Shown one piece after another: positions 12,009 through 25,648 of a stretch of 64,000 nucleotides of DNA. The notes below the pieces were generated by a model, which did no database searches, was not told the DNA's origin, and worked only from the letters and a program-made list of their open reading frames with translations. This DNA is from Protoeuglena noctilucae (Eukaryota): positions 620,001-684,000 of the forward strand of contig OY253687.1 of NCBI GenBank assembly GCA_958009085.1. The letters are read 5' to 3'. Within the stretch, counting starts at the first letter, position 1. Each line of letters opens with the position of its first letter. The translations under genes were made by a program, and so were the position numbers.

Positions 12009-13490
12009 TCACGCAGACATCAGCGTGGGCATCGTAGGCGTGGGCGTGGGCCCAGCTGGGACCGCAGGCAACGTCAGGGTTTCTGAGCATTGGTCCGAAT
12101 GGAGGCCAGACACAGTCCTCGACGCCCCGAGTCTCTCTGCGGCCTTCCCGGGGCCTATGGCGCACTCGAAAGGCAGCATGTCTGCGGGGGTGGCCTAAGG
12201 GGTGGGTCTTCAGTCGCACTCGCCCTGCCCACATCTGAATCTCAGACAGGCCACGAGATGACACGCGGGGCTCACAAAGTGGCAGCAAACGGCGCGCCGT
12301 TGTGTCAATGACAACGCACCAATGGAGTTCGTCGTGCAAAGAGGACAGCACCTATCACGCACCTCGGTCGACGCAGAGGTACACCTCACTGAGACGCCCG
12401 GCGGTGCAGGTGAGGACGGGCGGCACGCCAAAGGCGTCCTGGAGGGCAGCAAAGATGTCGCCTGCCGGGAACGTGCCCCCTGCCGAGACATCAATTCCCG
12501 CGTCCGCCAAAGCGGCGTCGATGCTGAAGGCCTCTGCGCGGTGCCAGAAACACATGTGCCTGAGCTGTGCGGAGTCGCGACATAAGGGTGCCTGGATCCC
12601 AGCAGCGTGGGTGATTCGAGCCAAGCAGTGGAGAGCTGAGAGCTCCCTAGACATGACATGCGACACGAGGCCGACGAGCATGGTGCAACCAGGCAACAGA
12701 AGGGCCTTGGGTATCTTACCGTGAAGGTCCAAGGTGGCTGTGAAGAAGTCCTTCTCTCCGGATAGGACGGGTGCAGCGCAGGTGCCGTGCTTGTCCCACT
12801 CGTGTGCCCAGAAGGCCGTGTCCTTACCGGACAAGCTGGGCCAGTCCGTGCGCATGCGATCTGCGAGCGTCGAGCGAGAGACGCTATCGCAGTGCGTGTC
12901 GCTGGCGTGGCTCTGCAGCGGTGGCGCGGCCGTCTGCTGTCATATAAACACGCAGGCAACGCAGCGTGCCTTGACCCCCATCAGGTCATCGACCCACCGG
13001 TCAGGTCATCGACTTGGGCGGGGTCGAAAGGGGCTCCAGGATCGCAATACTCAGGCCACGTGTTGTCGTCGTAGTTGGGCCAAAGGCCGTGCAGGGTGAA
13101 GGAGGGCCGCACGGGGTCCTCCGCGTTGGCACACGAGCCTTCCAGCTCGCAAAAGGTGCCCGGCCACTGCCTGCGGAGGACAAACGCACACCGCACACGC
13201 GAAGTTGTCCGGACAGAAGGCCGCTCCATGGCTCTCCTGCCCGGGCAGGCGCAGCATGGCGTGCCAACGCATGCGTCCCCTTGCACGCGCAGGGAGCTGG
13301 TCCTCAGCTGCCCGACGTGCCGCGTGAAGAGACAGGCACTGCATAATCACCTGACGAGGAAGAAAAAGGAAAGTTCGCGCGGAGGGGTCTCGAGGGGCGG
13401 CGCTGCAGCGAGTGATGGAATCAGGAGCGGGCGTGCATAGGCCCAGCGACTCAGACCACCCAGCAGCAGCAGGGAAACAGCAAAGAACAT
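12009..13490 (-). CDS. Secreted ribonuclease T2
   Basis: Signal peptide MFFAVSLLLLGG; FFFLVR|QWPGTFC; CAS I FTLHGLWP; CAS II FWAHEWDKHGTC; LSEVYLCVDR|DMLPFEC. Confidence 0.92.
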
Positions 13491-14257
13491 GCCGATACTA
13501 ACGCGCCTCCCTGCTGGGCCGGCTGATGAAAACCAAACAGCGCTGACTGCACGGGTCCAATCCAAGCGAGGGGCCCGCGCGGCTGCGAAAGCAGGGACAG
13601 GCAGGTCGCAAACGTCGCATGCGCGTTGAATACGACGTTGAACAGCGACTGTACCGACGTATTCGTTGGCCCGACAGCCCGACACCGGCTGACAGGGCCG
13701 CCAGCTTGTCCCTCGCTGAGACTGCGGCCCGGGACCCCTCCCCCCACGATGCGGACGCCTGTCTCGTTCATCAAACTGCACAAGGTGGGTGCGTGATGGG
13801 GAGGGCTGGGAGAAGAATTGCAAAGACAATTACCACCGTGCCATGAACCGCTGGGTTCACCCGTTGTCACCGTGGCAGTCTCTTTGCGACATGGAAGTCA
13901 GGGCAAGTCAGGCCGACGGGACTCCCTGCCACTTGGCGGGGCCCCCCTTTCCGTCACTCACCGTTACCGCCCTGCAACACCTCCTGCCGCCCCCGGGTGC
14001 GATGAGCCGCTGTCGGAAGAGCTTACTGAACTCATTCTCGCACCGCAGCAGGTGCGTGGCGTTCGCGTGGCCTTCGCACAGGGACAGAACAAGAGGCGGC
14101 TCTGGGAGCGTGGCTGCATGAGCGAGAGCGGGCGCCGCCGGCCATTTCCGAAGTGCGTCTTGAATCCAAAAGAGGCAGCCATGACCTAGCCACAGCGAGG
14201 TCGCGCGAAGCCCGCGCGGCTGCGCGGTGCCGCGCCGGTGGCCGCCGCGCGTCTTCC

Positions 14258-17200
14258 TCAAAACATCCCTCGCCCCGACCAGGATGACCCGTGGTCCCAG
14301 ACGACGACGTCTTGGTCGGGTATGTCCTTCCCCAGCTGCGCCGCGTCTTCCTCGGGCAATGGCCATCTGGGGGTATTGCACAGCATGCCCGTGGCTCAGC
14401 GCTCTAGCTGGGATGCCACCAAAAACCAGAGCTTCACAAATAGCACCCATGCTGCCATCCGCCTCACCTGGAGGTGATGGTCTTGACTTGGGTGTAGAAG
14501 AGCAGACCCTCGCGGCCGTACATGTGGAGGTCGCCCGCGAAGGAGCCCCGCATTCCGGTGAAGCTGAAGAGGGGTATGGGCGTCGGCGTGGCAATGTTCA
14601 CCCCGACCATTCCGACCTCGACGGCGGTCTTAAAACGCCGCGCCGCGAACGGAGAGCTCGTGAAGATGCTGCAGCCGTTGCCGTACTCGTTCTGTGAGGG
14701 GGGTTAAGCGAGAGGGAGGCGGTCAGCGCCCACGACACCCTAATGGTATCAATACCATCTCAGTAACACACCCTAGTACCACCCACGTACCATTGGGGCG
14801 CTACCCTACACTTGCTCAGTCCACGTCAAGCTGACACCCCTCACTGCTCATGTCATGTGCACTCGCTGCAATGTGCATCTCACCTCGTTGATGATCCTGA
14901 TGGCGTCTTCCAGGTCATTCGCCTCCATCTGCACCAACACAGGCCCGAAGATCTCCTGCTTGTACACGTCCATGCGAGGCGTGACGTCCGACAGGACGGT
15001 AGGGCCGATGAAGTTGCCCTCCTCGTACCCTGCGCGCATGCCGTGGGATGGTGAGAGTTGCCGTGAACGTAGAAACCCGCCTCGATTCAGCAACGCTGTG
15101 CCGCAGTTGCAGCTCCGGCATTCCACAGACCTAGCACCCCCTCCCCCCCCCCCCCCCTCCCATCGAGACCCACAGAAGCGCCCACGTCTGTCCCCACGTC
15201 GCCTCACCTGACACCACCACCCCTCTTCCATCAACATCCAATGTAGGGCCCACGCCCCCCCTTTGCCTCACCTGGCACCACGACCCCACGCCCATCCAGG
15301 TCCACGGTGGCGCCCATGTTGATGGCGTTCAGCACGAGCGCCTCGGCCTTCTCCTTGGCAGCCACGGTGGCCACGGGCGCGATGTCCACTCGCGGCTCGT
15401 GGCCCGCGTTGACGCGCAGACGCCGCGCCTGCTCGAGGAGCTTCGGGACGAACGACGCCCTCGCGTTGCCAACCAGCACCACCACTGAAGGAGGAGCGAG
15501 GGGTTTGGGTTATGGTGGCATTGTTATGGCAAGGTTGTTATATCAGGACTGAGAGGTGCGGGGGTTGAGGAGCTGGCAGGTCGCATGTCTTTGACAAACC
15601 CCGCCCCGCTCATCACCGGCGACGGCCATGCTCCTCTGCCCCGCAGCCCCGAACGAGGCGCGTGCGATGGCGTGCGCCGCGAAGTCCATGTCCGCATCGG
15701 GCATGACCACCGCGTGGTTCTTGGCACTCATCGACGCCTGCACACGCTTGCCGTGCATGGACGCCATGCGATAGACCTTGTGGCCCACGCGGGAGCTGCC
15801 CACGAACGACACGGCCTTTACGTCTGAGGGGGCATGTCAGGCAGGATGCGTGACTCTCAGAGGTCGGTGGGCTAGGGATGGGTTAAACTCAAAGCATTCA
15901 TGGGGTTGTGGGTGTCATTGTCATTCGGCAGGCTTCTACCAATCCCATCACAGGTCCATGACACTCCCATCACACCTGGGTGCGTGACGAGGAGATCCAC
16001 CGTGGACTCCCCGCCATGAACGGCGTTGAGGACTCCATTGGGCACGCCCGACTGCAGGGCGAGCTCCGACAGCATGACAGCGGCGGACGGCGCGCCCTGC
16101 GATGAGCGGGCAGAGGTGGGGTCGCATTTCATAACAAGCTGTAAGGGGTCGAGACTGATACTGCTATTGACAGCATCCACACAAGAGCCACCTGCACCAG
16201 CAAACCTTGAGTTGCTACCAACACAATGTCGGCGCATGCGGAATGTGAGATTCCAAGCAAACGCTCCACGCTCCCAGCCCTTGCAGCCCTCACCTCAGAG
16301 GGTTTGAGAACGACGCTGTTCCCGGCGACGATGGCCAAGGGCATGGTCCACAGGGGCAGCATGGCCGGGAAGAGCTGCGGGCACACGCAGGCGCACACGC
16401 CCAACGGGAGTCGCATGGACTGACAATCGACGCCGGGTGCGACGTTGGCCAGGTTCGTGCCGAGCAGTTCTGGGCCTGCCGCGCACGCCTGCTCCACCAC
16501 CTCCAAGCCCCTTCGAGCAGTTGAATGGCAAGGCGGTGATGGTGATGTTCCGTCGGTCCCTGTCACTGGGGAAGTCGCACTTACGAGCCCAGCTCTGCTC
16601 GTCTGTTCATCTGAACCATGTTCACCGTGCTTGTGCCACCAATGACACCTGAGCGCATCGTGCTGTAGCCGCAACTCACCTCAGCACGTCGTGCCTTGCG
16701 TCGGCGATCGTCTTGCCTTGTTCCTGCGTGATGAGCCCGACCAGCTCGTCCAAGTTGTCGCGGATGGCCTCGTGGAAGCGGAACATGACGTACGTGCGGC
16801 CTGACAGCGGCCGCGCCGCCCATTTGGGGAAGGCTTCGATCCCCGACTGCACCGCGGCGTTCACTTCGGCCGCCGTCGACACCGGCACGTGCGCCACGAC
16901 CTTCTGGGTCGCTGGGTTGCGCATGGGGATCCAGTGGGTCGTCCGCGATTCGTGCTGTCGCCCTGTGGGGGCCAAAGAGGGGGCAACAAGGGTGGCTGGG
17001 GTGCGAGGGCAGGGCTGGTCTGCATGGCAGGGGGTCCAAGCCGGTGGAAGGCCATTGCGCATATCACCGTCGAGCATCAGGGGCACTCGGGGAGGCACGA
17101 CGGGGTCGTCGGATGGCGTGTGGCTGGTGGCAGACGACCTCGCCGTCGCCGCGTCGCCAGCGCGCCCCGCCGGGTCGCTTGCGCGCGTCAGCGACGATGC

Positions 17201-17518
17201 CTGGAAGGTCCTTGCGTGTAACGTACCACATATTGCAGCCGCATCCGCCCCCAAGCCCCTCAGACGCGTCGCATGGCTTGCCCTTGATGCGACAATGTCT
17301 GCGGGTCGCGGAGCAATCGTCTGTCGATTACGCAGCTCATCAAGAGAAACGCAACACGCATAGATGGCGATGTTGCTGCAAGAAACGAGCGCGAATCGCA
17401 AGCGAGAGGCCCCAACGACGGGGCAGTTGTCCTCGTGCACCTCACCAGCCCTCCTGGCGCGCCCCTGGGTTGACTCACCGCTGCAGGCAAACGCCCTTAT
17501 CAATCTCCTCGACGACAT
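14258..17518 (-). CDS. Methylmalonate-semialdehyde dehydrogenase-like (ALDH6) protein with substituted catalytic residues; mitochondrial-type presequence
   Basis: [104 protein letters not shown]. Confidence 0.9.
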
Positions 17519-17851
17519 GTCGAATCCGCGAACGGCGCGTCCCGGACCGCCGCCGTCACGCCCCCAGCCAGGCCGCGCGGGGAACAACGCCCCGTTCTGC
17601 GCGCCGGGCTCCGCCAGCCGCGCGCTCGGAACGGCAGTGACTCAATATCGATGGTAAGGTCCTATTGAAGTTGCCGCCCCTCGATTTCAAGGGCAGGGGC
17701 CGCGACTCCTAGCGCAGGCCTCTCCAAAGGATGCCGTATCTCAAGCTGTGAACTAAACAGACGACGGTAACAGCACATACAGACGGCGCGTGCAGACCGT
17801 CACCGGTCAAACGGTGCCAAGTGCGGCACGAGCGCACGTCAGCTCAGCGCG

Positions 17852-20018
17852 TCAGCTGCGCACGACCATGTCCTTCCTCCCAGGCCCGACGCCGATCCAG
17901 GTGATGGGCACCTGCACGAGCTCCTCGATGCGCTCCACGTACTGCAGCCAGGGGAAGCGCACACTCTCACCGCCCAGCACAACCTCAGGCGTCAATCCCC
18001 GCACCCTACCCTGCTGCTGCGGCACCTGCCGGGCCTGGACGGGCAGGTCGCTCCACTTGCGGCACTTGCTGATGTCCGTCTGCCACCCGGGCACCGTCTC
18101 GTACTCCACCGTGACCTTCTCGAGGTCCTCGACGTTCGCGGGCATCCCCGGCAGCACCCGCCCGCTCTCGTCCTTGTACGCCACGCCCAGCTGGATCTCC
18201 GGTAAGTTGGAAAGCACGTCAAGCTGCGGGGGCGGCCATACAGGGCTGAGTGGGTGTGCGGCCGGCGCAACGAGGTCGTGCGTCCGCGACACCCGACACC
18301 GCCTATCATCCGCCGGGCGCTTGCCTTCGTCAGGTTGATGCAGGTGAAGCCATTGATGACGGCCGCGTATCGGAGGGCGGGGATGTCCAGCCATCCGATG
18401 CGCCTGGGCCGACCCGTGGTGGTCCCGTACTCGAAACCTTCCTCCCGCAGCCGCTCTGCCAAGTCCCCAAACACCTCGGTCGGGTACGGCCCAGAGCCCA
18501 CGCGCGTGGTGTAGGCCTTGGCCACGCCAGCCACGCACTGGAGCCGCGAGGGTGCCATGCCTGCGATGGGGCGAGGGGGATCGATGAGGGGTGGAAAAGG
18601 TGCACCTGCTCAGCCAGGCCACTCGCGGTGATGCTTGCTCGCCTAATCCAGTGATGATGCCGCCGATGGACGGATTGGACGACGTGACGAAGGGGTACGT
18701 CCCGAAGTCGATGTCGAGCATGGTCGCGTTGGCGCCCTCCACCAGAATGCGTTTGCCGCTTCGGTACGCGTCGTCTGCGTTCAGGGACAAAGCATTCGTT
18801 AGCCCCAGTTCGCACAATTTGCGTGTACATGTCTTTGCTTGCCCGCAACACAACCGGGAGCGCCACGGACACGATGCGGCACCCATGCAGTCACTGCACG
18901 CGCCCTGCGACGGCTGGCTCACCCAACAGCGTGACCGTGTCGGTAATGTAGGGCTCCAGCCGCGCCGCTAGCTGCTTGTAACGCTCGATCTCCGCCTCCA
19001 CGTCGTACTCCATGTCAGGGAACCTGCACGGAGCGATGCAGAGCGCCTATCATGCCTCATGTGAGCATGTGGGTCCCAGTGAGCGTGGAAGCCCTATGAG
19101 TGTCATGGTCATCCACCCTGGCCTGTCTGAGTCAGCCTGGCCTCCTCGCCTCTTCTTGGCGTCCTCCACCAGGAAGCGCAGTTTGCGGCAGAAGGAGTCC
19201 CAATGGCGGATGTCGCCGACACGCAGGCCGATGCGGTTGGCCTTGGTGGCGTAGGCTGGGCCGATGCCGCGCTTGGTGGTGCCGATCTTGCCTCCCTGCA
19301 GCTCCTCCTCCCGCTTGCCGTCCACCTCCTTGTGCAGGTCGAACAGCAGGTGCGCCCGGTCGCTGATGCGGATGTTCTTGCACGACACTCCTTGGGACTC
19401 GAGCTGCGGCCACGAGCACAGGGAAATAGCAATGGAACCCATCGCATGGTCATGAACAGTATCTCCCGGCGCCAGCGGACCCGCATGCACGGTTGTAAGC
19501 ATGTATCAGCACGCCGGTGCTTGCCATGCCACCTTCCGCAGCACGCCACCATCCATGTCCTCCCGCCACGCACCGATACTGCCTCCCTACAAGCACCCCC
19601 CAAGTATCGCCCCTCTCCTCACCCGATCCACTTCCTCAAAGAACCCCGGCACATGGACCACGACCCCGTTGCCCACCACGCAGATCGCGTCCGGGTTGAG
19701 GATACCCGAGGGCACTAAGTGCAGGGCGTACTTCTTCCCGTTCAGGTCGTAGATGGTGTGGCCGGCATTGGCGCCGCCCTGCGCCCTCGCCACGACGTCG
19801 TACTGCCCTGCCAGAGAATCCACGAGCTTGCCCTTTCCCTCGTCGCCCCACTGCGTCCCCAGCACCACCACGACCTGGTGCTTGTCCACGTCCGCGACCG
19901 TCACGGGCCGGAGCGCGCTCGTCTCGAGGGCGCGGCACACGCGACGGCGGTGGAGGGACGCGCGCGGCGGCGGCGCCACGCCCAGCGGCCCCAGCCGCGC
20001 CGCTTGCAGGCCCGCCAT
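17852..20018 (-). CDS. purA: Adenylosuccinate synthetase with N-terminal plastid transit peptide
   Basis: [89 protein letters not shown]. Confidence 0.97.
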
Positions 20019-21127
20019 CCTAGCGGAAGAAGGGGTCGCGGCGGGAACTCAGTCCGCGCTTATCGATGCCTGAGGGGAGCCGGGGACAGGGCATCGCTCT
20101 CTTTTCGGGGTGACCGGCCTGATGCGACGAGTGCCCCCTCGACGGGCTACAGGGGCGCCGGCGGGCGAGCCATGGCGGCCGACGGGCCAGATCAGCGCCG
20201 TCACGAGCATGGCACAGGACTGGGGTGTCCAGCCGGCCCCAGACAGCTCCGCGCGGTGGAATTGCGACCGTCGCCATGCCGCTCTACCATTCACCCCCCT
20301 GGCCAGGCGCGGTGGCTCAGCGCCGGAGGCCAGCGCCTCGCGCAACCAACGGAGGACAAGGGAACGCCTCGCGAGGCCCGACTGGTGCATGCATGGCCCG
20401 GCGCGCAGAACCGGCGCGTAGGGACGCGGCAGAAAACAGCCCGAGTGCCTCGCCGCTGCGACGCGAGTGCCCTCCAGCGCTCGGGAGCAAACACGTTTTG
20501 GTTATTCAGCCCCGGTCCCCTGCGGAACTCGCCTAAAATTGGTCCAGCGGCCGTCAAGAGGCGAGTGTGGCGTCGGGGGTATCTCGCGCGCGATCGCTGC
20601 GATGCAGGCAGGGACAGGTGCACGGCGGACGCTACGATCGAGGTTTTGGTCGACTCTCTCGCCCCGCTCACGCGGACGCCAGAGCTGGCCCCAGCGCTAC
20701 CCGCCGGCGGCGAGACTGGCAGGGTTTTCTCGGCCGACAAGTCTCACCACCCCGTCTACAGTCCAGGCCATTGTTCTCTTTCTGCTCGCGTGACCGAGCC
20801 CGAGGTTGTGCTGGGCGCTGTTGGTCTGCACCGTCCACGGGGCCAGCCGACGTCTCGAGCGTGCCATCCAGAAAGACAGCGAGGACTGAGGGTTTCTGAC
20901 GTCTGGAGAGACGCGCTAGGAGGCCGACGGGCGTCCTGCCGACGCGAGCTGGGCTAGGCGGCCACATTCCCTAAGCGAGGTGCGGAGGCCCGGGAAGCGC
21001 CGGGCAGTCGCCGTTCTGGCCGGAGCTTCGAGTGCACACGACCTGCGAGTGCACCTGCGCGTTGGGAGGCGCGGCGCCACTGGGGCAGCGGGACAGACCA
21101 GCTTCTGGCCTGGCCGGCGCAGGGAAG

Positions 21128-24100
21128 ATGGGCAAGGCCAAAACGTCGTTCAAGGATTCGCGGAAGGCGAAGCATTCGCTGGATGCGAATCGTGGGGAGG
21201 CCAAGCCGCACATGCGGACGGCCGCGACCGTCAGGCGCCTCAAGGTGCGGCGGCGCCGGAGGGCGGCTGTCTGCGACTTTGGCCCGTCGCGGGCGCCCCG
21301 CGCACCCGCCCCTCGCCCGCCCCCGCCCCGCAGATGTACAAAGAGCGGGCGGTGCGCGATCACAAGGGCCGCCTGATCTACCAGTCGCTCCAGAGCAGCG
21401 AGGTGCCCAAGGCCCGCATCCAGCCCGACCGGCGATGGTTCGGCAACACGCGCGTCATCGGCCAGAAGCAGCTGGAGCGGTTCAGGTGAGCGCGTGCTGT
21501 TCAACCAGCCGCGTTTCTGCCGGAGGAGAGGTCCCTGAGGCGAGCGTTTTGCCAACAGAGCCCATTGCTGCCGCCGTCCTTTGCAGGGAGGAAATGGCCA
21601 GCCACGTGAACGACAACTACACGGTGCTGTTGCGTGAGAAGAAGCTTCCGCTGTCGCTGCTGGAGGATCCCGACAAGGCAGCGCAGAAGGGCGGGAAGGG
21701 CGCACGGGCGGACTTGCTGGCCGTCGAGCCGTTCTCTGACACGTTTGGGAAGGGCGCGCAGCGCAAGCGGCCCAAGCTGCGCGCGGAGGACTACTCGGAA
21801 ATGGTGCAGAAGGCGGAGGAGCAGCAGGTGAGCGGTGCAGGCTCATGCCGGACTACGCCGCACCCTTTTGCCATGCATCCCGCTCGCCTGCCGCGCCCTT
21901 GCGCCCGTTTAGAGAATCTGTCGGGACCAGCAAGTCCTTGAAAATGATTTTTTCCAATCACTTGGTGTTTGCCTTTGTCTCGCTCACAGGAGAACTACGA
22001 CGGTCGCGGTTTCGACACGGCTGACCGTTCCCGCGACGCGGCGTGGGACGAGGCGGCGAAGGCGAACCGGGAGCCGCTGTTCGACAAGGGACAGTCCCGG
22101 CGCATCTGGGGAGAGCTTTACAAGGTCCTCGACTCGTCCGACGTGATTGTCGAGGTGCGGCGTGGGCGCGGCATGGGTAACGACATGGGTGTGGGTATGC
22201 AGTTGTTGCCACAGCCGCCGTGCCTGACTTCCCTACCATCTATTGCCAATCTTCTGGCTGCCAGCGCGCCACCTGCCTCACCACCACCCTCGTGCCTACC
22301 CCACCCTCGCTACACCTGCCACCCCATCTGCCCACCCCTGCCACCTTCACTCCACGACCCCTCTGCCCCGCACTCGCAGGTCCTGGACGCGCGGGACCCC
22401 GAGGGCACCCGCTGCCGCTTCCTGGAGAACCACATCAAGCGCAACGCGCGCCACAAGCACCTCTTGCTGCTCCTCAACAAATGCGACCTCGTGCCGGCGT
22501 GGGTCACCAAGCGCTGGCTCCACCACCTGTCAAGGGAGTTCCCCGTCCTGGCCATGCACGCGTCGCTGACCAACCCGTTCGGCAAGGCGGCGCTCCTGAG
22601 CGTGCTGCGGCAGTTCGCGCGCCTTCGCCAGGACAAACCTGCCATCTCCGTCGGGTTCGTCGGGTACCCCAACGTGGGCAAGAGCTCCGTCATCAACTGC
22701 CTCAAGGCCAAGGCCGTGTGCAAGGCGGCGCCAGTGCCTGGGGAGACTAAGGCGAGTGGGGTGGTGGTGGGACGGAGACGGTGTCAGGGGGGCTGAGGCA
22801 AGCTGGGGTCTCGGGGTTGGGATGGACGGGGGTGTGGGGAGCGTGGGGGGGTTGTGGAAGACAGAGAGAGTAAACGCAAGACGGTGTGACGCAAAAGCCA
22901 TCGGAAGCGCCGTGGCTGACTAGGACAGTCGCAGCAACGACGCAGCCCCGTCCCCCCGCAGGTGTGGCAGTACATCACGCTGATGAAGCGTGTTTTCCTG
23001 ATCGACTGCCCCGGCGTGGTGTACAACAAGACGAAGGATACCGAGGTGGACGCGGTGCTGAAGGGCGTGGTTCGAGTGGAGAACCTCGAGAACGCGGACG
23101 CGTTCGTGCCGTTCGTGGTCGACCGCGTGAAACCCGAATACTTGCGGAGGGCGTACCAGATCCCGCGGTGGGCCGACGCCGAGGACTTCCTGGCGCAGCT
23201 CGCGACGCGGTCGGGGAAGCTGCTCAAGGGAGGGGAGCCGGACCTGGTCACCGGTGAGAGACGTGCTGTGTGCTGGCTTTGGGGGATGGGATGGAATACG
23301 TGCTTTGCTTTCCGGTGCCATGCTTATGCAGCGAGGCGTTGGCAGGGAGCTTGTGTATGGAGGCGTCCCTATCGTGCTTCAGCTATGCGACAGGCGTGTC
23401 GCATCACGTCACGTCTTCCGGGCCCCTCCCTCGCAGCGGCCAAGATGGTGCTGTACGACTGGCAGCGCGGGCGCATCCCGTACTTCACCCTGCCGCCGGG
23501 GCACGAGGGCGCTGCTCCGGAGGAGAAGGGCGCAGAGGAGGAGGGCGCAGCTCAGGGCGACGACGGGGGCAAGGGCGAGGGAGAGGGCGGCGGTGGTGGC
23601 GACGATGGGGTGGGTCACGAGAGCGGGGGCGGAATGGCCGCCCCGGCCGGGCTGGCGGACGCAGAGGCCGCTGCCAGCCTCGAGGGTCCCCAGGCGGGGC
23701 TGGCCGCGACCGCCATTAATGAGGAGCTTGTGCGGGTGTCGCGCCGGCAGCTGCGGCTTCGTCTGCCCGCGCAGCAGGGCTACTTCGACGAGGCAGATCT
23801 GCAGGAGCCGGGAGCGGGGGCGGAGGGGAGCGACGAGGGGTCCGAGAGCGAGGGCGAGGAGTTTTCTGGCACGGAGGGCGACGACAGCAGCGATGAGAGC
23901 GCGGGCACGGGTGGTGACGACAGCGGTGCTGGTGATAGTGACGAGGAGGCGAGTGACGAGGAGGAGGGGGCCAAGGGCAAGGGTGGCGGGGAAAGGGGCA
24001 GCGGCGGTGGCGGTGGCGACCGTGAGGGTGATGCGGGGAAGGCGGGGGAGGAGAGCTCGGAAGACGAGGACGATGCCGCGCTGACGTGGGAGGCGTTGAT

Positions 24101-24485
24101 GCGGGACATGGCGGGGGGCGCGGAGGTGGCGGAAGGGCTGCTGCGTGACGCCAAGCGGGGCGGGGGCCGTGCGGACGGGCGCCAGGGTGGGAAAAGCGAG
24201 GCGGCGGGCGGCTCCAGGCGGGGCCAGGGTCGAAATGCAGCAAACGCGGAGGTCGCGGGGGCGCCCGGAGGAAAGAGCGGCAAGGGAAGGGGCGCGAAGG
24301 GCGAGGGTGCGGGTGCGGGGGCGAGTGCGAAGAGTGCCAAGGGCGCCGGCGCTGCGGGCGGGGCCGGGCGGGTGGGCAAGGCGTCCAGGCCAGAGCCTAA
24401 GGAGGCGTCTGGACGGGCGACGACGACGAAGCGCACTGGGGTTGGGAGCAAGGGCGTCGTGAAGGCCCGGGGCAAGAAACGGTGA
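21128..24485 (+). CDS. NOG2: Nucleolar GTP-binding protein 2 (NOG2/NUG2/GNL2), circularly permuted GTPase with acidic and Gly/Lys-rich tail
   Basis: [88 protein letters not shown]. Confidence 0.96.
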
Positions 24486-24743
24486 CGGGGCGGGGAGCAA
24501 GGGAGGCGGCGTTGATTAGAAAGGTTTTCAATGCACCCGCTGCTGGCGACATCGGCGCGCCTTGAGCTCGATACCACGTTTGTCGGTCGGGAAGTGTGTC
24601 GGACACCCCGGCCGCGCGCTGCGCGATTCCCCGTCCCGCACGGTCGCCGCTGCGTTGAAGAAAATAACGTCGAAGTCGCATGGTCTGAGTGGTTCGGCCC
24701 CATGGTCAAGGGAGCCCGGCCGGCGTGCCCGGCACTGCGAAAC

Positions 24744-25353
24744 ATGGCGCGAGATGTCACGTTCCAGGTGGTCATTCTCCTGCTCCTGGCGACGAGCCTC
24801 GCGTTTGGCTCTGACGGATGGGACTTCCGCGGCCGGGTGCTCTGGGGGGCGCCGGGACAGGGGGGTCCGGCGGTTCCAGCACTTCCCTCGGGCTCGGGGG
24901 GCTCAGGCCCAGGCTCCCTCGGCTACGGCGGCCCGCCGCCGGCGCTGGCGGAGCTGCAAACTTTCGCGAGGTCGGTGCCAGCTGACCCGGCCTCGCAGCT
25001 CCGCAGCCGGCCGTTAGGGCTGTATTCGACGACCCCGACATCCCCCCCACCCGTGAGTGCTTCGCTCTACCAAGGCTCGGAACCGCCGACGGAGCGCGCT
25101 TCGACGCCAGACGCGCCTCCCTTTTTGCGTTGTTTGCAGAGCCCGCTCGATCTCCAGAGCATCGTGGCGTCCTACGACGCGGCACAGCAGCAGCCCGGTG
25201 CGTGCTTTGGTCAACAGGGGATCTCCCGGCAGAGGCAGGTCGCATGCAAGAGCCAGGACTACCATGCGGCTTCGTCGCAACGTGCCCGCAGGGGTTCCGG
25301 GCGCCTTCAGGGTCCCGAGCGGCCCGCTGCCGCCGCCGCCAACGGGAACGTAG
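24744..25353 (+). CDS. Small Pro/Gly-rich secreted protein of unknown function (3 exons)
   Basis: Signal peptide MARDVTFQVVILLLLATSLAFG; phase-consistent introns starting at 25053 and 25198; TAG at 25351-25353. Confidence 0.5.
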
Positions 25354-25648
25354 CTGGGCCGGCGCAGCTATGGGAGAGCGACCGAGTACCGAGGCGACGA
25401 AGGGCATTAAGACGAAGGGGAAGGCGGGGACGGGGTGGATGCGTAGAAGACGGCATTGGAAGGCCAGCACCCAGGCCAGCCAGCCAGGTCGGCCCGATGC
25501 CGGGGAGAGTCCGGCAGCCCCTCAGCGCAGGGCGTTGCCGTATGACACGCCATAGAGCATCTCACCTAGCCTGGACCCCTCATAGCTATGAACTAGACCT
25601 AGGTGGATCCCGCGGCCTTTGCGCCTATGAGCATGGAGCCCTGTCGCC

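Noticed and set aside
19719..20957. 412-aa plus-strand ORF
   Set aside because: It overlaps purA antisense and the purA/NOG2 promoter region, has an Arg/Pro/Ala-rich composition typical of GC-rich spurious ORFs, and shows no motifs
23409..24775. Long minus-strand ORFs of 331-363 aa
   Set aside because: Antisense shadows of the low-complexity last exon of NOG2
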